Shown: positions 1 to 12,032 of the stretch, one piece after another | Numbering within the stretch: position 1 is the stretch's first letter | Layout: each line of letters starts with the position of its first letter | Assembly: GCA_051294375.1 (NCBI GenBank) | Contig: CM119270.1 | Location: 477,362-523,976 of the forward strand | Reading direction: 5' to 3' | DNA: 46,615 nucleotides | Source: Paraspadella gotoi | Taxonomy: Eukaryota; Animalia; Chaetognatha | Translations under genes and position numbers: made by a program | The notes under the pieces: model-generated | The model's input: only the letters and a program-made list of their open reading frames with translations | What the model was told of the DNA's origin: nothing | Database searches by the model: none

Positions 1-683
1 CGATTTTTTTCCTCCTTTTTCTTGCATATTAAATTCACCGCCCCCCTCTATCCTCGCTTCAGGCGTTGCCATGGTGACAACTTTCCTCAAAGGTGAGTTT
101 CTTTTTGCGTGCGCGAAACGCGGACGTTATCTGCGTGCGAAAAGAAAAGTGCGCTTTTTTTTTTCTGTATGATTTTTTTTTTTTTAATGAGTTGTCATTG
201 TGGTCGTGAACTGCGATTTCTTTTATCTGGGCACTATTTTCCATTAGCTCCCAGTTTTCCGTTCTTTAGTTTTTAAATACAATTTGAATCGCAATAACTA
301 TTTTTAATCGCTTACAAAATGTTTTATTCTAATTAGTAATACCAAATCTTTAACATTATCGTCAAACCTAAAAAAAAATATTCTAATATAAAAAATAAGC
401 TGAAAGGATACGAATACAATAATATTGAAGTTACTTACTTTAAACATGCCAAAATTTTCAATTTGTTTCAAAGTCAAAAACCCCCGACATAATTCAAAGT
501 CCCCCCGAAAGAAAATTGTAAAAAGCAGATTGCCCCGTTGGTTGCAATTCGTTGGTGCCTTAAGACAATGCAGGAATCAACTTTCCAATTTTGAATAAAG
601 TCTGAAGGAAGAAAGTTAAATTTTAGATCGCTTTCCCTCTCACATTATGGCTTTCAACCATTTTGTCATGAAAATTTCATTCC

Positions 684-719
<36 letters not shown>

Positions 720-1710
720 NNNNNNNNNNNNNNNNNNNNNNNNNCTCCTCTCTCCTACTCGTCCCTCTACTCTCTCTCCTCTACTTTACTCTCTCCTGGC
801 CCCTATCATCTTTTTTTTTGTGTTTCTTCCTCTCGATATTCACACCGACTTTTCTCTTTTTTTTCTCCACTTTTCTTGCATATATTTTAAATTCACGCCG
901 CCCCCTCTACTCCTCGCCTCTCTCGCGCGCCCGTTGCATTGACATTCTGTAGCGCACCGCGACGAGTGCAAACTTTCCTCAAAGTGAGTTTCTTTTTGCG
1001 TGCGGTGCGACACGCCCGGACGTTATCTGCCTGTGCGGAAAAAGAAATAGCGCTTTTTTTTTTTTTTTTTCTGTTATTTTTTTTTTTTATGAGTTGGTCA
1101 TCTCGTGGTATTCAGTTATAACTGCCGTATTTCTTTATTAATATGACCTTAGGCATATATCTATAATCGCTCCCTGTTTGTAATCTTTTAGTTCTTTTTA
1201 AATTTACAATTTGAATCCACGCAGGATAACAAATCATGTTTTTATTAATCAACGCTAACACAATGTTCTTCTATTCTATTAAGTAATATCCAAATCTTTA
1301 ACATTCCTCGATCAACCTTCTAAATATTCTTCTAATATAAAATATATAGCTGAAAGATACGCCAATCTCTTATTATGAAACGTTACTATCACTTTAAACT
1401 TGCCAAATTTTCAAATTTGTTTCCAAAGTGCAAAATAATACCCCCGTACATACTTCAAAGTTCCCCATCCCGAAAGAAAGGAAAATTGTCAGGAGGGCGA
1501 AGCGAAAAATTGTAAAACAAAGCAGATGCCCCCACGTTGGTTTGTCCATTCGTTTGGTGCCTTAGACCACAGTCGCAGAAATCATTTTCCAATTCTTGAG
1601 TAAAGTAGCTGGATAGGGAAGCACAATAGTCACGATTTATTAGATCGCTTTCCTTACATTTGGCTTTCACCATTTTTATGTACTGATTATGAATGTTCAT
1701 AATCCATCTC
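1..1710. other. Tandem near-duplicate (1-~690 vs ~847-1710) around a 25-N gap; probable assembly artefact
   Basis: Colinear matches such as CTTGCATAT..AAATTCAC, TATCCAAATCTTTAACATT and AAGCAGAT..CCCC..GTTGGTT, differing mainly by indels; exactly 25 N at 720-744. Confidence 0.85.
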
Positions 1711-2852
1711 CTCTTCTCCTCTCCTTTCTCCTCTCTCTCCTACTCTCCCTTCTGTCTTTCTTCTCATCTCTGCTCTACTCTCTCTGTTCTTATCTCTATA
1801 TACTTTTTCTGCCGTATTCTCCCGCGCCGAGCTTCTTTTTTTAAACTCCTCGCCTGGGAACTGCTGTTTGCGGACACGAGGAACGAGATGAAGTGATAGA
1901 TGGATCCATTCGCGTGCAGAAAAAGGAGGAGAAGAGAAAGAGATAGGGAGAGGAGAGAGAGATAGAAGAGAGGAACGGACGGAGAGAGATGAAGTGAAGC
2001 GCAGGAAGCAATTAAGACTCATGACTCATTTGCTCCCTTCGTCCGTCGTCTCCTTCTCTTCTCTTCTTCTCTCTCGCTTCTCTCTCTCTTCTCATCTCTT
2101 ATCACCTCTCGCCTTCTCCCGACTCTTTCTTTATCATCCATTCGCGTTATAGCCCTGAGTTTTTTTTTTTTTCACTCTTGGGAAAAAAAAAGTCTTTCAT
2201 GGGTGTCCAGTCTTTCTACATCTCATCTCCTCTCCACTCTCCACGTCGTCTCTCCTCTCTCTGCTCTCTCTCTCTCTTCTCTCTTCTCTCTTGTTTCCTC
2301 TCGACGGTCTGGACCGTTGTTCCGACACTATCCAGGGGGGATTATTCATTCTTCGGACCCCATAGAGAACAATGCCAGATCAAGCATTCAACTCAACAGG
2401 CTTATTGTCGCTTGAGAAATTATGGCGAGAACGAGGACATTTCCTTCTCTTCTCTTCTCTCCTCTCTCTCTCTCTTCTATCTTTCTCTTTCTCAATCTTC
2501 TTCTTCTCTCCCGTTCCTCTCTCTCTCTCTCTCACACAGCCAACAAGTCAAAAACTCAAAAGGCTTTGGATAAAGTGATTGTTGTTTATCAAAATTATCA
2601 AACTGAAAAAAAAATTGAAAAGTTGTTTACATTTTTTTTTCTTTTGCAACTGTCTATTTTTTGATTGATTGATTGATTCGCCTCAGAGAAAACGTTTCAA
2701 CTGTTGACGTGAAATTTGTATTCCTTTTTTCTATCGCTGTCTCTCTCTCTCTCCCTCTCTCTCTCACACTCTCTCTCTCAATCTTTATCTCTTTCTCTTT
2801 TATAAAACTTCATCTCTTGTTGATTCTTTTCATAGTCGTTTTCTATGATGCA

Positions 2853-2899
<47 letters not shown>

Positions 2900-3032
2900 G
2901 TGCCCCAATCGTCTCGCTCTCTATCGTGCGCAGAAGGCGATGAAGCCATTTCAGGCTTTTGATCAAAATTTCTTTTTTTTCCCTTTATTTTTAAATCTGT
3001 TGAATTCTTTATGCTGCTGTTAAAGATGAAGA

Positions 3033-3130
3033 GGTTGTCTCTACAGTTGATGTTCTTGATGCTGATGGGGTTGTCTTTACTGTTGATGCTGTTGATGCTG
3101 ATTGGGTTGTCTCTACTGTTGCTGTTGTGG
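3033..3130. repeat. 36-bp tandem repeat, about 2.7 copies
   Basis: GGTTGTCT(C/T)TAC(A/T)GTTG units start at 3033, 3069 and 3105. Confidence 0.85.
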
Positions 3131-3917
3131 CCGGAATAGTTGAAGCTGCTTTTAACAGTTTTTTTGCTTAACCTTTCTTACATCATCGTTCTAACAACGG
3201 AAAAGAAAGATTTAAAAATTATAATATTTAAGTTATATTAATATATTTTTCTTTCAAATAGAAATGTTTTTCTAGTCACCATTTAGCCATATAGCTACAA
3301 ATGTTTTCTCTGTATTTAAATTTACTCAGAATCATTTTATTTTCATGTCCTGCAAAGAAATTAGTATAACCGATAAAAAATTACCATTTCGAAATGATTT
3401 AAGCATTTACTTAACCTCCCCAGCATCGCCACCACCAAGTCGAAAGACAAAATAGCCTAATTGTTTAATAAATGTATAATTCTTATTTTGGTCGTAACAA
3501 TTTCAAAAGATTTCATTAATACAAACCAAAAAATACACTTTTTTAATTTAGTTGTTGTTTTTTTTTTTCAAATTTCGCTTTAATTCTTTCTCGCTGTAGC
3601 AACTTTCCCTCTTTTTTCGCCCAAGTCGTTAGGAGTCAGTCTCATAGGAGCCGCTTCATTAGTGACCGTCGGCTGTAATGAGAGAGAGCGAGAGAGAGAG
3701 AGAGAGAGAGCGAGACGAGAGAGAGAGAAGAGATGAGAAGGAGTGTTTCGAGGAGGTAGAATTCTGAGAGAATGAGAGACATTCTAAAGTGAAGGAACCT
3801 ATTTTTATATTATTGAGGCGTTACGAGTAAAAAAAGCGCCGCAACTGAAGAGAGAGAGAGAGAGAGAGAGAAGACGAGAGAGACAGAGAGAGAGACGAGA
3901 GAGAGAGAGAAGAGAGA

Positions 3918-3968
<51 letters not shown>

Positions 3969-6900
3969 CGCGAATGAATGCCAAACTATTGTGACTCACA
4001 TTTTCATACTAAATTTTAAACGCATGAAGCCTATCTGCACAAATAAATTGTTTATATGTTTAAATATGTTTAAATAATGTCTATTTTTTCTCTCATTTAC
4101 TGTGTCTGCGATTGATTCCTAATTGTTAAATTTTATTTAATTATCATTTTTATTTTGAGCACTTGCCTGATTGCTTGCTTGCTTGATTTCTCAATACTTT
4201 GATATCGTTTTTGCGTTAAATTTTTTAAATTGTTTATTAAATTAAATTGCTTATTCTTTTATTTCAGAATAAAAAAAACTTTACTCTACTTTTGCAAATT
4301 CTAAATCAAAATTTACTTTTAAATCAAAATATTTTTGTCTTTATTTCTCTTATTAATTGGCTAACCAAGCTAATTATTATGGCTAGATATCTCTTCATAT
4401 TTAACTTTTCTCTCTTTCCAAATTTAATTTGATTCAAAGGCAAAAATAACAATATCGTTTTTTCTCAAAAAAGAATTATATTCATGATGCTTATGCCATT
4501 ATAGTTTACAACATGGTTTACAATTAAAAACATAAGATTTATTTGTATTTTTTTTTTAAATTCTGTTTTTAAAGATTGAAAAATGGCATCAATGCGTCGA
4601 TGCGTCAATTCATCTCTATAACCAAAATAAATTCCAAAAAATTAGGGGGGGAGCAAATTTACTTATTATGAATAATATTATGTATGAAATAATACTTCTA
4701 CACAAAGATGCACCCGACAGAATTTCGCGTTTTCATAGACTTAAAAATTTTCTTTTTCGAAGTAACGAAATGTTATTTCGTCTTCTCGTTACTTCAAAGC
4801 ATTTTTTCCAGTTACTCATAATATTTTTTTTGTAATAAAGACATAGATTTGCGTATCAACATGAGTGTAAAAAACAGAGAGAGCCAAAGAGAGAGTATTA
4901 TTTATTATTTTTCAAGTCGAAAAACGCTACTATCCTCGGATTGTAATACAATCAAGAAAATGTGCGATCAATATCTCATTTTTTTTCTTTTGTAAGAACA
5001 TAGCCTTAACTGAGAAATTAACAAAAATAAAACGTAGCAAAGTGGTCATTTTGTAATAAATTAGCTTTTTTTTTTGTCTGTTCACTTTGCCACGGAACGA
5101 GTTTTAATACTTGGATTCAATCATCTTTTTTTTCGCTGTTTTTTTTTTTTTTTTTTTTGTAGAAGTAGCAATAAAGTAGTTTTTTTTTGGAATGCTTGAA
5201 CAAAACAATCGTTTTGTGTTTTTGTTTTGTTTTTTGAGCCATTAAAAAAGCCATGATCCAAACGAGCGACTACAGAGCAAAACACTTAATTAATTTACGA
5301 GTTTTGTTTTGAATTCATTAAAAATTCGTAGCAAATAATCAATAGAAAAACAAATTAACTAAAATCGGACTAAACAGAAAAACACAGAAAAAGTTAGTAA
5401 AAAGTTTGGATTCTGATGGTAAAAACTACGGACAGAATAGGCAAAAAAAAGTTTTAAAACGGCTTAAATATGTAAAAAAAGCGCTACAAAAACGTAAATA
5501 ATAATAATAATAATAATTATTATTAACTAATTATCTGAAAGGGATTCCGGGGTATTAATTAACAAGGGGAATGCTCTAGTTAACACAATCTGTATTTTTT
5601 TATCAAAGTAATCACAGAAAATATTGTTAATAAAAAAAATAAGATATACAAACGATTTTAATTTGATAATAACATTTTTTTGTCAAGGATACAAAATCTG
5701 AAAAAAAAACTAATGAGGAAAAATAATCTTTTTACTTCTGTCAAATTATTTTAATAATTGAACTAGTAATAAATAATAAGAAACTAAGTGCTCTGGTTTA
5801 CATATAAATACTAATTAACCTCTCGGCTCTACAATTTATAAATGATAATGTTGCACCAAATAGATAATAGTCGAGAATAAGAGCAGCAGTATTTAACAAA
5901 GTAGAAAATGGACAGAAAATTAAACAATGGTGGGTTATTTTATCAAAAACTAAATTTTTGTGGGTGTGTTTTGTGTGTGAGGAAAAAATCGATCAATGAT
6001 GACATTATATCTTCATGGCAAAGATAGACCTACAATGAAGACTTGTTGTTTTATTTAAATATTTTGTTAATTTTTGTTTGGAAGCTTATTTAAAAAGAAC
6101 AAATTAAAAAGTTTTAAAAAATGATTCAAAAAAGAATTTAAATTGAAATTATACATAATTTAGAAAATGAGCTCAATCTTTTTAAATTTTGTATTTAGAA
6201 ATTTTTCTCCCACGCGGTCGTAATTAGAATTTGTAGCTGAGGGAAGAAACAAAAAAATTTGTATTGAATCCAAAAAATGACAAATATAATATAAAAAAAC
6301 GAACAAAAAAAATATTTTATTTCGTTTGTACACAAATTAGCAGAGTATCACGGCACTGGGTATCCTTTTTGTTTGTTTATTTAATTTTAGATTAAGAGGG
6401 ACATAAAAAATTAATGAAATAGAAAAAGGAGAAAAATCATGGACGCCGTGTATCAATCATCATCGTCATCATCATCATCATCGTCGTCGTTGATGATTTT
6501 CGAGAATCAAAAAATAAAGATTTTTCTTCCTTTTGCTTTTCTATCCTGGTTACGAAAAACAATTTAACAATTTATTTATATTGTATTTATCTATAAAAAA
6601 TATATTGTTTTAAGGTATGAACATTAATTAAATGTCAATCCCGTAACCAAGATGTGAATTGTTCCCTCAATTTGGTGAAAAAAANNNNNNNNNNNNNNNN
6701 NNNNNNNNNNNNNNNNNNNNNNNNNNNNNNNNNNNNNNNNNNNNNNNNNNNNNNNNNNNNNNNNNNNNNNNNNNNNNNNNNNNNNNNNNNNNNNNNNNNN
6801 NNNNNNNNNNNNNNNNNNNNNNNNNNNNNNNNNNNNNNNNNNNNNNNNNNNNNNNNNNNNNNNNNNNNNNNNNNNNNNNNNNNNNNNNNNNNNNNNNNNN

Positions 6901-7509
6901 NNNNNNNNNNNNNNNNNNNNNNNNNNNNNNNNNNNNNNNNNNNNNNNNNNNNNNNNNNNNNNNNNNNNNNNNNNNNNNNNNNNNNNNNNNNNNNNNNNNN
7001 NNNNNNNNNNNNNNNNNNNNNNNNNNNNNNNNNNNNNNNNNNNNNNNNNNNNNNNNNNNNNNNNNNNNNNNNNNNNNNNNNNNNNNNNNNNNNNNNNNNN
7101 NNNNNNNNNNNNNNNNNNNNNNNNNNNNNNNNNNNNNNNNNNNNTGGCCAAAAAAAAAAGAGAAGAGAAAAAAAATAGATAAGAAAGACGACCATCGTTT
7201 GACTTCTCTCTGAGTTGTCGTCCTTTTGTGGTTTTACTGGATGTCCTCACTTTTCTTTTTCCCTTCGGGTTGGAAATTGCCCGTACGGCGAACCGTCTTC
7301 CCCCCTTTACGGCGAAGTTGCCCTCCCGTACGGCGAAACAATTTCGTCGCCAACAGGAAAATATGGACTTGACTAGATGTGGACGAAATACAGAGCGACT
7401 TTTCGGGATTCTCTCACATTTACCATAGCACACGGTAGCGAGTAGCGAGTCATACTCCTATCGAGGCGAGCGAATCCACAGTTTAGCTATAGACCACAGT
7501 TGTACCCAC

Positions 7510-7580
<71 letters not shown>

Positions 7581-9680
7581 GTCTCAGTTTTTTTAATTAA
7601 AACTGCTTTTTTAGAAAAAAAAGAGGATTTTCTATGTAAAATAGGGAAAAAAATCGCATTTACGCCCTGAATCACAAAACAGCAGTGAACTAGAATATAT
7701 CTTCACACAATCACGCTGGTCCTCCCTTTTTATCAAACCTCACGTATGAGAATTGAAAAATAAAAAGAAAGGAAACTTTTTTGCTCCATTCGAGGCAGGA
7801 GATTCGCTTTTGGGGCAATTGTAGTCAAGGGGTTTGCATTTGGGGGGGGAGGGTAGAATAATAGGCTTGGCATAATAAAGGGGAGGAGGAAGAGGAGGAG
7901 GAGGAGGGGGAAGAGGAAACCCCTTTTAACAATTCTTGACTGTTTTACTACCCCCCCTCTCCGGTCTCNNNNNNNNNNNNNNNNNNNNNNNNNNNNNNNN
8001 NNNNNNNNNNNNNNNNNNNNNNNNNNNNNNNNNNNNNNNNNNNNNNNNNNNNNNNNNNNNNNNNNNNNNNNNNNNNNNNNNNNNNNNNNNNNNNNNNNNN
8101 NNNNNNNNNNNNNNNNNNNNNNNNNNNNNNNNNNNNNNNNNNNNNNNNTGGCCAGTGATTTCCGTATCACATTAAAATAACCGTGGTCGGTCGCCAGGAA
8201 GGAGTTCGCTACTCAAACAGTCTTGTAGGTTCCAACCATTATCCGATTCTGGGTTCCNNNNNNNNNNNNNNNNNNNNNNNNNGAGAGTCAGGAAGGAGAG
8301 GAGGAAGGACCGAGGGAGACCGATGAGAAGAGAGAATGACGAAGGAACGGAGGAGAAGAGAGAGAGAGAGAGAAGAGAATGCCAAAAAAATATTTCGCTC
8401 TTTGGGCTGTTCTTTTGTAAGTGAATGCAGGTGAAGAAGTTTCTGGTCGGACTCTACATGTTGGGGGCGAAAGCCGAATGGAAAAAAATTGTTATTTGTA
8501 AACAACGTTGCGATGAATGGAAAAAATAGTCTAGCCTTCGGTGTCAGTATTTTTTTAGGTAATGCGCCAAAAGAGAGAGAGAGAGAGAGAGAGAGACGAA
8601 AGAGAGCAGAAGAGAGAGGGAGGAGAGAGAAGAGAGAACGAGAGAGAGAGAGAGAGAGAGCGAGAAAGAGAGAGAGATGCAAAAAAATATTTCGCCTTGG
8701 CGTTTTTTGTAAAGTTTCTGNNNNNNNNNNTTAACTTTTGCATAAATTATCACAAGAAAGATGTAACTCAAATAAAAAAAATTTAACATAGTAACAAAAA
8801 AAAAGTAGAAATAAATGGAATGTTATAACGAAATAATTTCGACGTTATGTTTCGTTTAACGACAAATCTCATAAAAACAAAAAAAAAATTGATCTTTTTC
8901 GACTTTAAACAAAACAAAAAGAAAAAAGACATTTTAATAAAAATCAGAAATTAATAAAAATAAGTTACTTGGCCCATTTTTTTTTTCAAAAAAAAGTTAG
9001 CGTTGTGGAAAAAGCAAATCCCTGTAATTTTGTTCACGGTTTTTGTTCGTTGTTGTTGTTGTTGTTGTCTTTGTTGTTGTTATTATATCCCTGCTGAGTT
9101 GATGACGAGTTTGTTTTTTTAAACTTTCGTACAGTAAAAAAAAAACCAAAAAAAATATCATTTTGATAAAATAAACTTAAAACGTTAAATAAAAATAAAG
9201 TGAGGAAGGAAAATTTCAACGAATTAGTTAAGTTTTGAAAATTTGTTTGTTTAGTTTATCACATGAAATAGAGACATAGACTTGAATATTTAACTGTATA
9301 AGAACGGGAAAAAAATAGTCGTAGGGAGATAGGGAGAGAGAGAGGGAGAGAGAGACGAAAGCCGAGAACCGAGAGACAAGAGTGAGAGAGAAAAAGATCC
9401 AAAAACGTCTCTCTCTCTCTCTCTCTTTCTCTTTCTCTCTCTCCCTCTCTGTTCCCCTCTTTTTTTTTCTGTTCAAAAAAAAGGGGAAGGAATAAAAAAA
9501 AAAATTGTTGACTTTTTTTTTCGTCAACTCGAATTTCATTTCTTCATTTTTCTTTTCTCATTTCTCAAATTCCAAATTAAAAAAAAAATCATCTTTCCCC
9601 ATCACGTAACCAAATTCTCCCCGCGGACCTTCTACATCCAAAAATTTCCCCTTTCATCACCTTTCTACATCAAATAAACA

Positions 9681-10325
9681 TCATGCTGCGGTGAGGAGAC
9701 CGAATCCGGCGTTGAGCCAATCTCCCTCCATCAACTCTGAGACTTCGGGAGTCGTGTAATCGGGGAATTCGAAGTGACTCGAAGCCACAGATGAAATATC
9801 TGACCCGCGAGGAGACGATCCCGATTCTGACCCTTCGGAAGCGGCGGCGGCCGCGGCGTGGTCGCTGGCGGACTCGGCAAAGGACGCCATATCGACGGAC
9901 AAATCGGCGTCGTTGGCCAAAGGAAACAAGTCCGTCAAATTGTCCAAATCGTCAAGCGTGACGGCGGGCGGAGGCGCAGGTGGCGCCACCGTCAAACCAG
10001 CGCCGGTCAGAAGAGGTTTGAGCCGAGCGGCGTCGACCGAGGCGTTGGCGGCGGTGGGCGTGGCACACACGATGCTTCCATTTGTGATGTTCAGTTTGAC
10101 GTCTTGGTTAAGTCGCGTCAACGGTTGAAGGGTAAGTGAACCGAGCGAACGGAATCCGACGCCTGAACCGGAAATTGCGCCGGGATTAGGTGAGGCGCTT
10201 AACCTGAGCTGCGTAGGGGCGTGGCCGATGGCGCCGGCGCCCTGGAGTCGAACCAGCGTCGTCGCGCCCCCGACGGTAATAGCGCGAAGATTCTCCAGGG
10301 AGATGAACTCTGCTGGAGCGGCAGG

Positions 10326-10363
<38 letters not shown>

Positions 10364-11029
10364 GGCTTTCCTGAGTGAGTGTGACGTATGAAGGCAAAGA
10401 GGCGCCGCTCATCTGAGGCGACAATGAGGAGGAGGAAGAAGAAGAGGAGGCGGTCGAAAGCGGCGCCACTATCAGAGGCGAAAGCGGCGACGATGACGCC
10501 GCCGAGACGAAAGGCGCCGCCTCGGAGAAGACCTCTTCGTAATGAGAGACGGAGGGAGAAGAAGGGGACGAAACGCTGTCGGGAGAAAGCGGCGTCGTCA
10601 TACTGCTGACGCTGCTGTTGGAGGAAGTGGACGACGATGACGAGGAGGCGATGAGGATCGCGTCCGTCAAACCGACGCCGCCGATGACCCCGTTGGCGTT
10701 GAGAACGCCGCGAGCGTTGTTGTTTCGCTCGAGGATCTTGGCTTTCGCGGACGAAGGTTTCGAGCGAGCGTGGCCGCTGGAGGAGGCGGAGGCGGCTGCT
10801 GCTGCTGCTGCTGCTGAGGACAAGAGGCTCGATATGTTTTGCGTTGACTTTTTTGATTTCGACGAAGACGACGACGTCTTTTGGGTCACGTGCAAAGGGT
10901 CCTTCTCTTTGCCCGGGCTGTTTTTAGCCTTTTTTCGTGGGCGGTATTTGTAGTCGGGATATTCCTGGAGATGTAGGAGACGACGGCTTCTTCCACGTAA
11001 AGGCTGTCGTTCTGTTCTTCCGAGAGAAC
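9681..11029 (-). CDS. SoxC: SoxC coding exon 2 (HMG-box C-terminal part, Ser/Ala-rich linker, C-terminal transactivation domain); first ~50 nt contain apparent indels
   Basis: Long GC-rich ORF containing RLLHLQEYPDYKYRPRKK (end of the HMG box) and ending SHFEFPDYTTPEVSELMEGDWLNAGFGLLTAA*, matching the conserved SoxC C-terminal motif (Sox4/11-type SHFEFPDYCTPEVSEM..GDWL). Stop TGA at 9683-9681. Acceptor AG at 11031-11030 gives VLSEE..., which fits after WK. Confidence 0.92.
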
Positions 11030-11332
11030 CTTTTTTTTTTGACAAATTTGGAAGAATTGGTTTAATTATTACGTTTAATGTATAGAATATTTTTAAAGTT
11101 AAAGTGAATCGGAAATCAAAAATCTTTTTTAAATGTAAATGTTTAAATTTTTAAGTTTTTCTGAAATTGTATTTGTAATTCCTGAATCGTCAAGAATGAA
11201 AAAAAATACTTTTTTCCAAAAAAGGTTTTTTTTTTTGTAATTCATATTAAAATTTTCTGAATTTAAATTTAATAAATAATATAATAATTAATAATAATAA
11301 TTAACAATTTTCCATTCTCTATCTTTCCTCAC
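11030..11332 (-). other. 303-nt GT-AG intron within the SoxC HMG box (phase 0, after ..GRRWK)
   Basis: Very AT-rich segment between two GC-rich coding blocks. Starts GTGAGG and ends TTTGTCAAAAAAAAAAG on the minus strand; HMG homology resumes after it. Confidence 0.85.
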
Positions 11333-11620
11333 CTTCCATCGACGACCCAAACTTTTGGAAATCTCCGCATTGTGCATATCGGGCGTCATCTCGATAATCT
11401 TGCGCCGTTCGATCTGCGACCAGACCATGAAGGCGTTCATCGGCCTCTTGACGTGATTGGAGGCCTTCTTGCATTGCGTGGCATCAGTGTACGGGGTCGA
11501 TGAAGTCGGGTCCACGTTGTACGACCCGAATTCTCCGTGAATCGTCGACGCGTTGGAAGAAATTGAGACGGGCGAGTCGGGCGAGTTGAAGGGCTGAAGG
11601 TTGATCGTGATGGTATTCAT
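11333..11620 (-). CDS. SoxC: SoxC (Sox4/11/12 group) HMG-box transcription factor, coding exon 1 (96 codons, N-terminal part of HMG box)
   Basis: ATG at 11620 in GCCATG context. Translates to ...[55 protein letters not shown], with the Sox signature RPMNAFMVW and SoxC-type [17 protein letters not shown]. Ends at the donor AAG|GTGAGG (GT = 11332-11331), phase 0. Confidence 0.95.
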
Positions 11621-11950
11621 GGCGGGATAGAGAGAGAGAGAGACGAGAGAGAGATAGAGACGGAGAGGTATTTTAACGAAGTAAAAGTCTTTTTTTTTTA
11701 GTTGAAAGTCAACGGGAGATTTTCAATTTTTAGACTCAACTTTTAATTGGGAATTAAAATTTTAAGTTTTTTTGAGGATTTTTTTTTTTCCTTTCGTTTT
11801 CGATTGAAAGCAATTTTGTTTGGATTGTCGGCGGATTGTCTTGAAGAGTTTTTCTTTTCGTTTAAAGAAAGACAGAGAGCGAGTCAAATAAAGAGAGATA
11901 GAGAGAGAGAGAGCTAGAGCGAGAGAGAGAGAGAGGACGGGAGAAAGCCG

Positions 11951-11960
11951 ATATATATAG
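11951..11960 (-). promoter_or_regulatory. Candidate TATA box for SoxC
   Basis: Minus strand CTATATATAT about 330 nt upstream of the ATG; motif match only, no TSS data. Confidence 0.3.
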
Positions 11961-12020
11961 CCAGATAGCTTCAATTCCTGTCTCTCTCTCTGTTCGAGTG
12001 ACTCTGACTCTCGATTCTGT

Positions 12021-12032
12021 TTTGGCGCGAAA
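12021..12032. promoter_or_regulatory. Overlapping double E2F site TTTGGCGCGAAA (= TTTCGCGCCAAA on the SoxC strand)
   Basis: Exact match to the classic DHFR-promoter-type dyad E2F element, about 400 nt upstream of the SoxC ATG and about 60 nt upstream of the candidate TATA. Confidence 0.45.

Noticed and set aside
9858-10953. Plus-strand ORFs overlapping SoxC
   Set aside because: Antisense shadows of a GC-rich coding exon with no independent features.
9681-11045. 454-aa ORF as a standalone protein starting MSKKKG
   Set aside because: The start is a TTG inside the intron; the ORF is SoxC exon 2 and its first residues are out-of-frame or intronic.
11288-11332. C-terminal [14 protein letters not shown] of the 110-aa ORF
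   Set aside because: Intron read-through past the GTGAGG donor.
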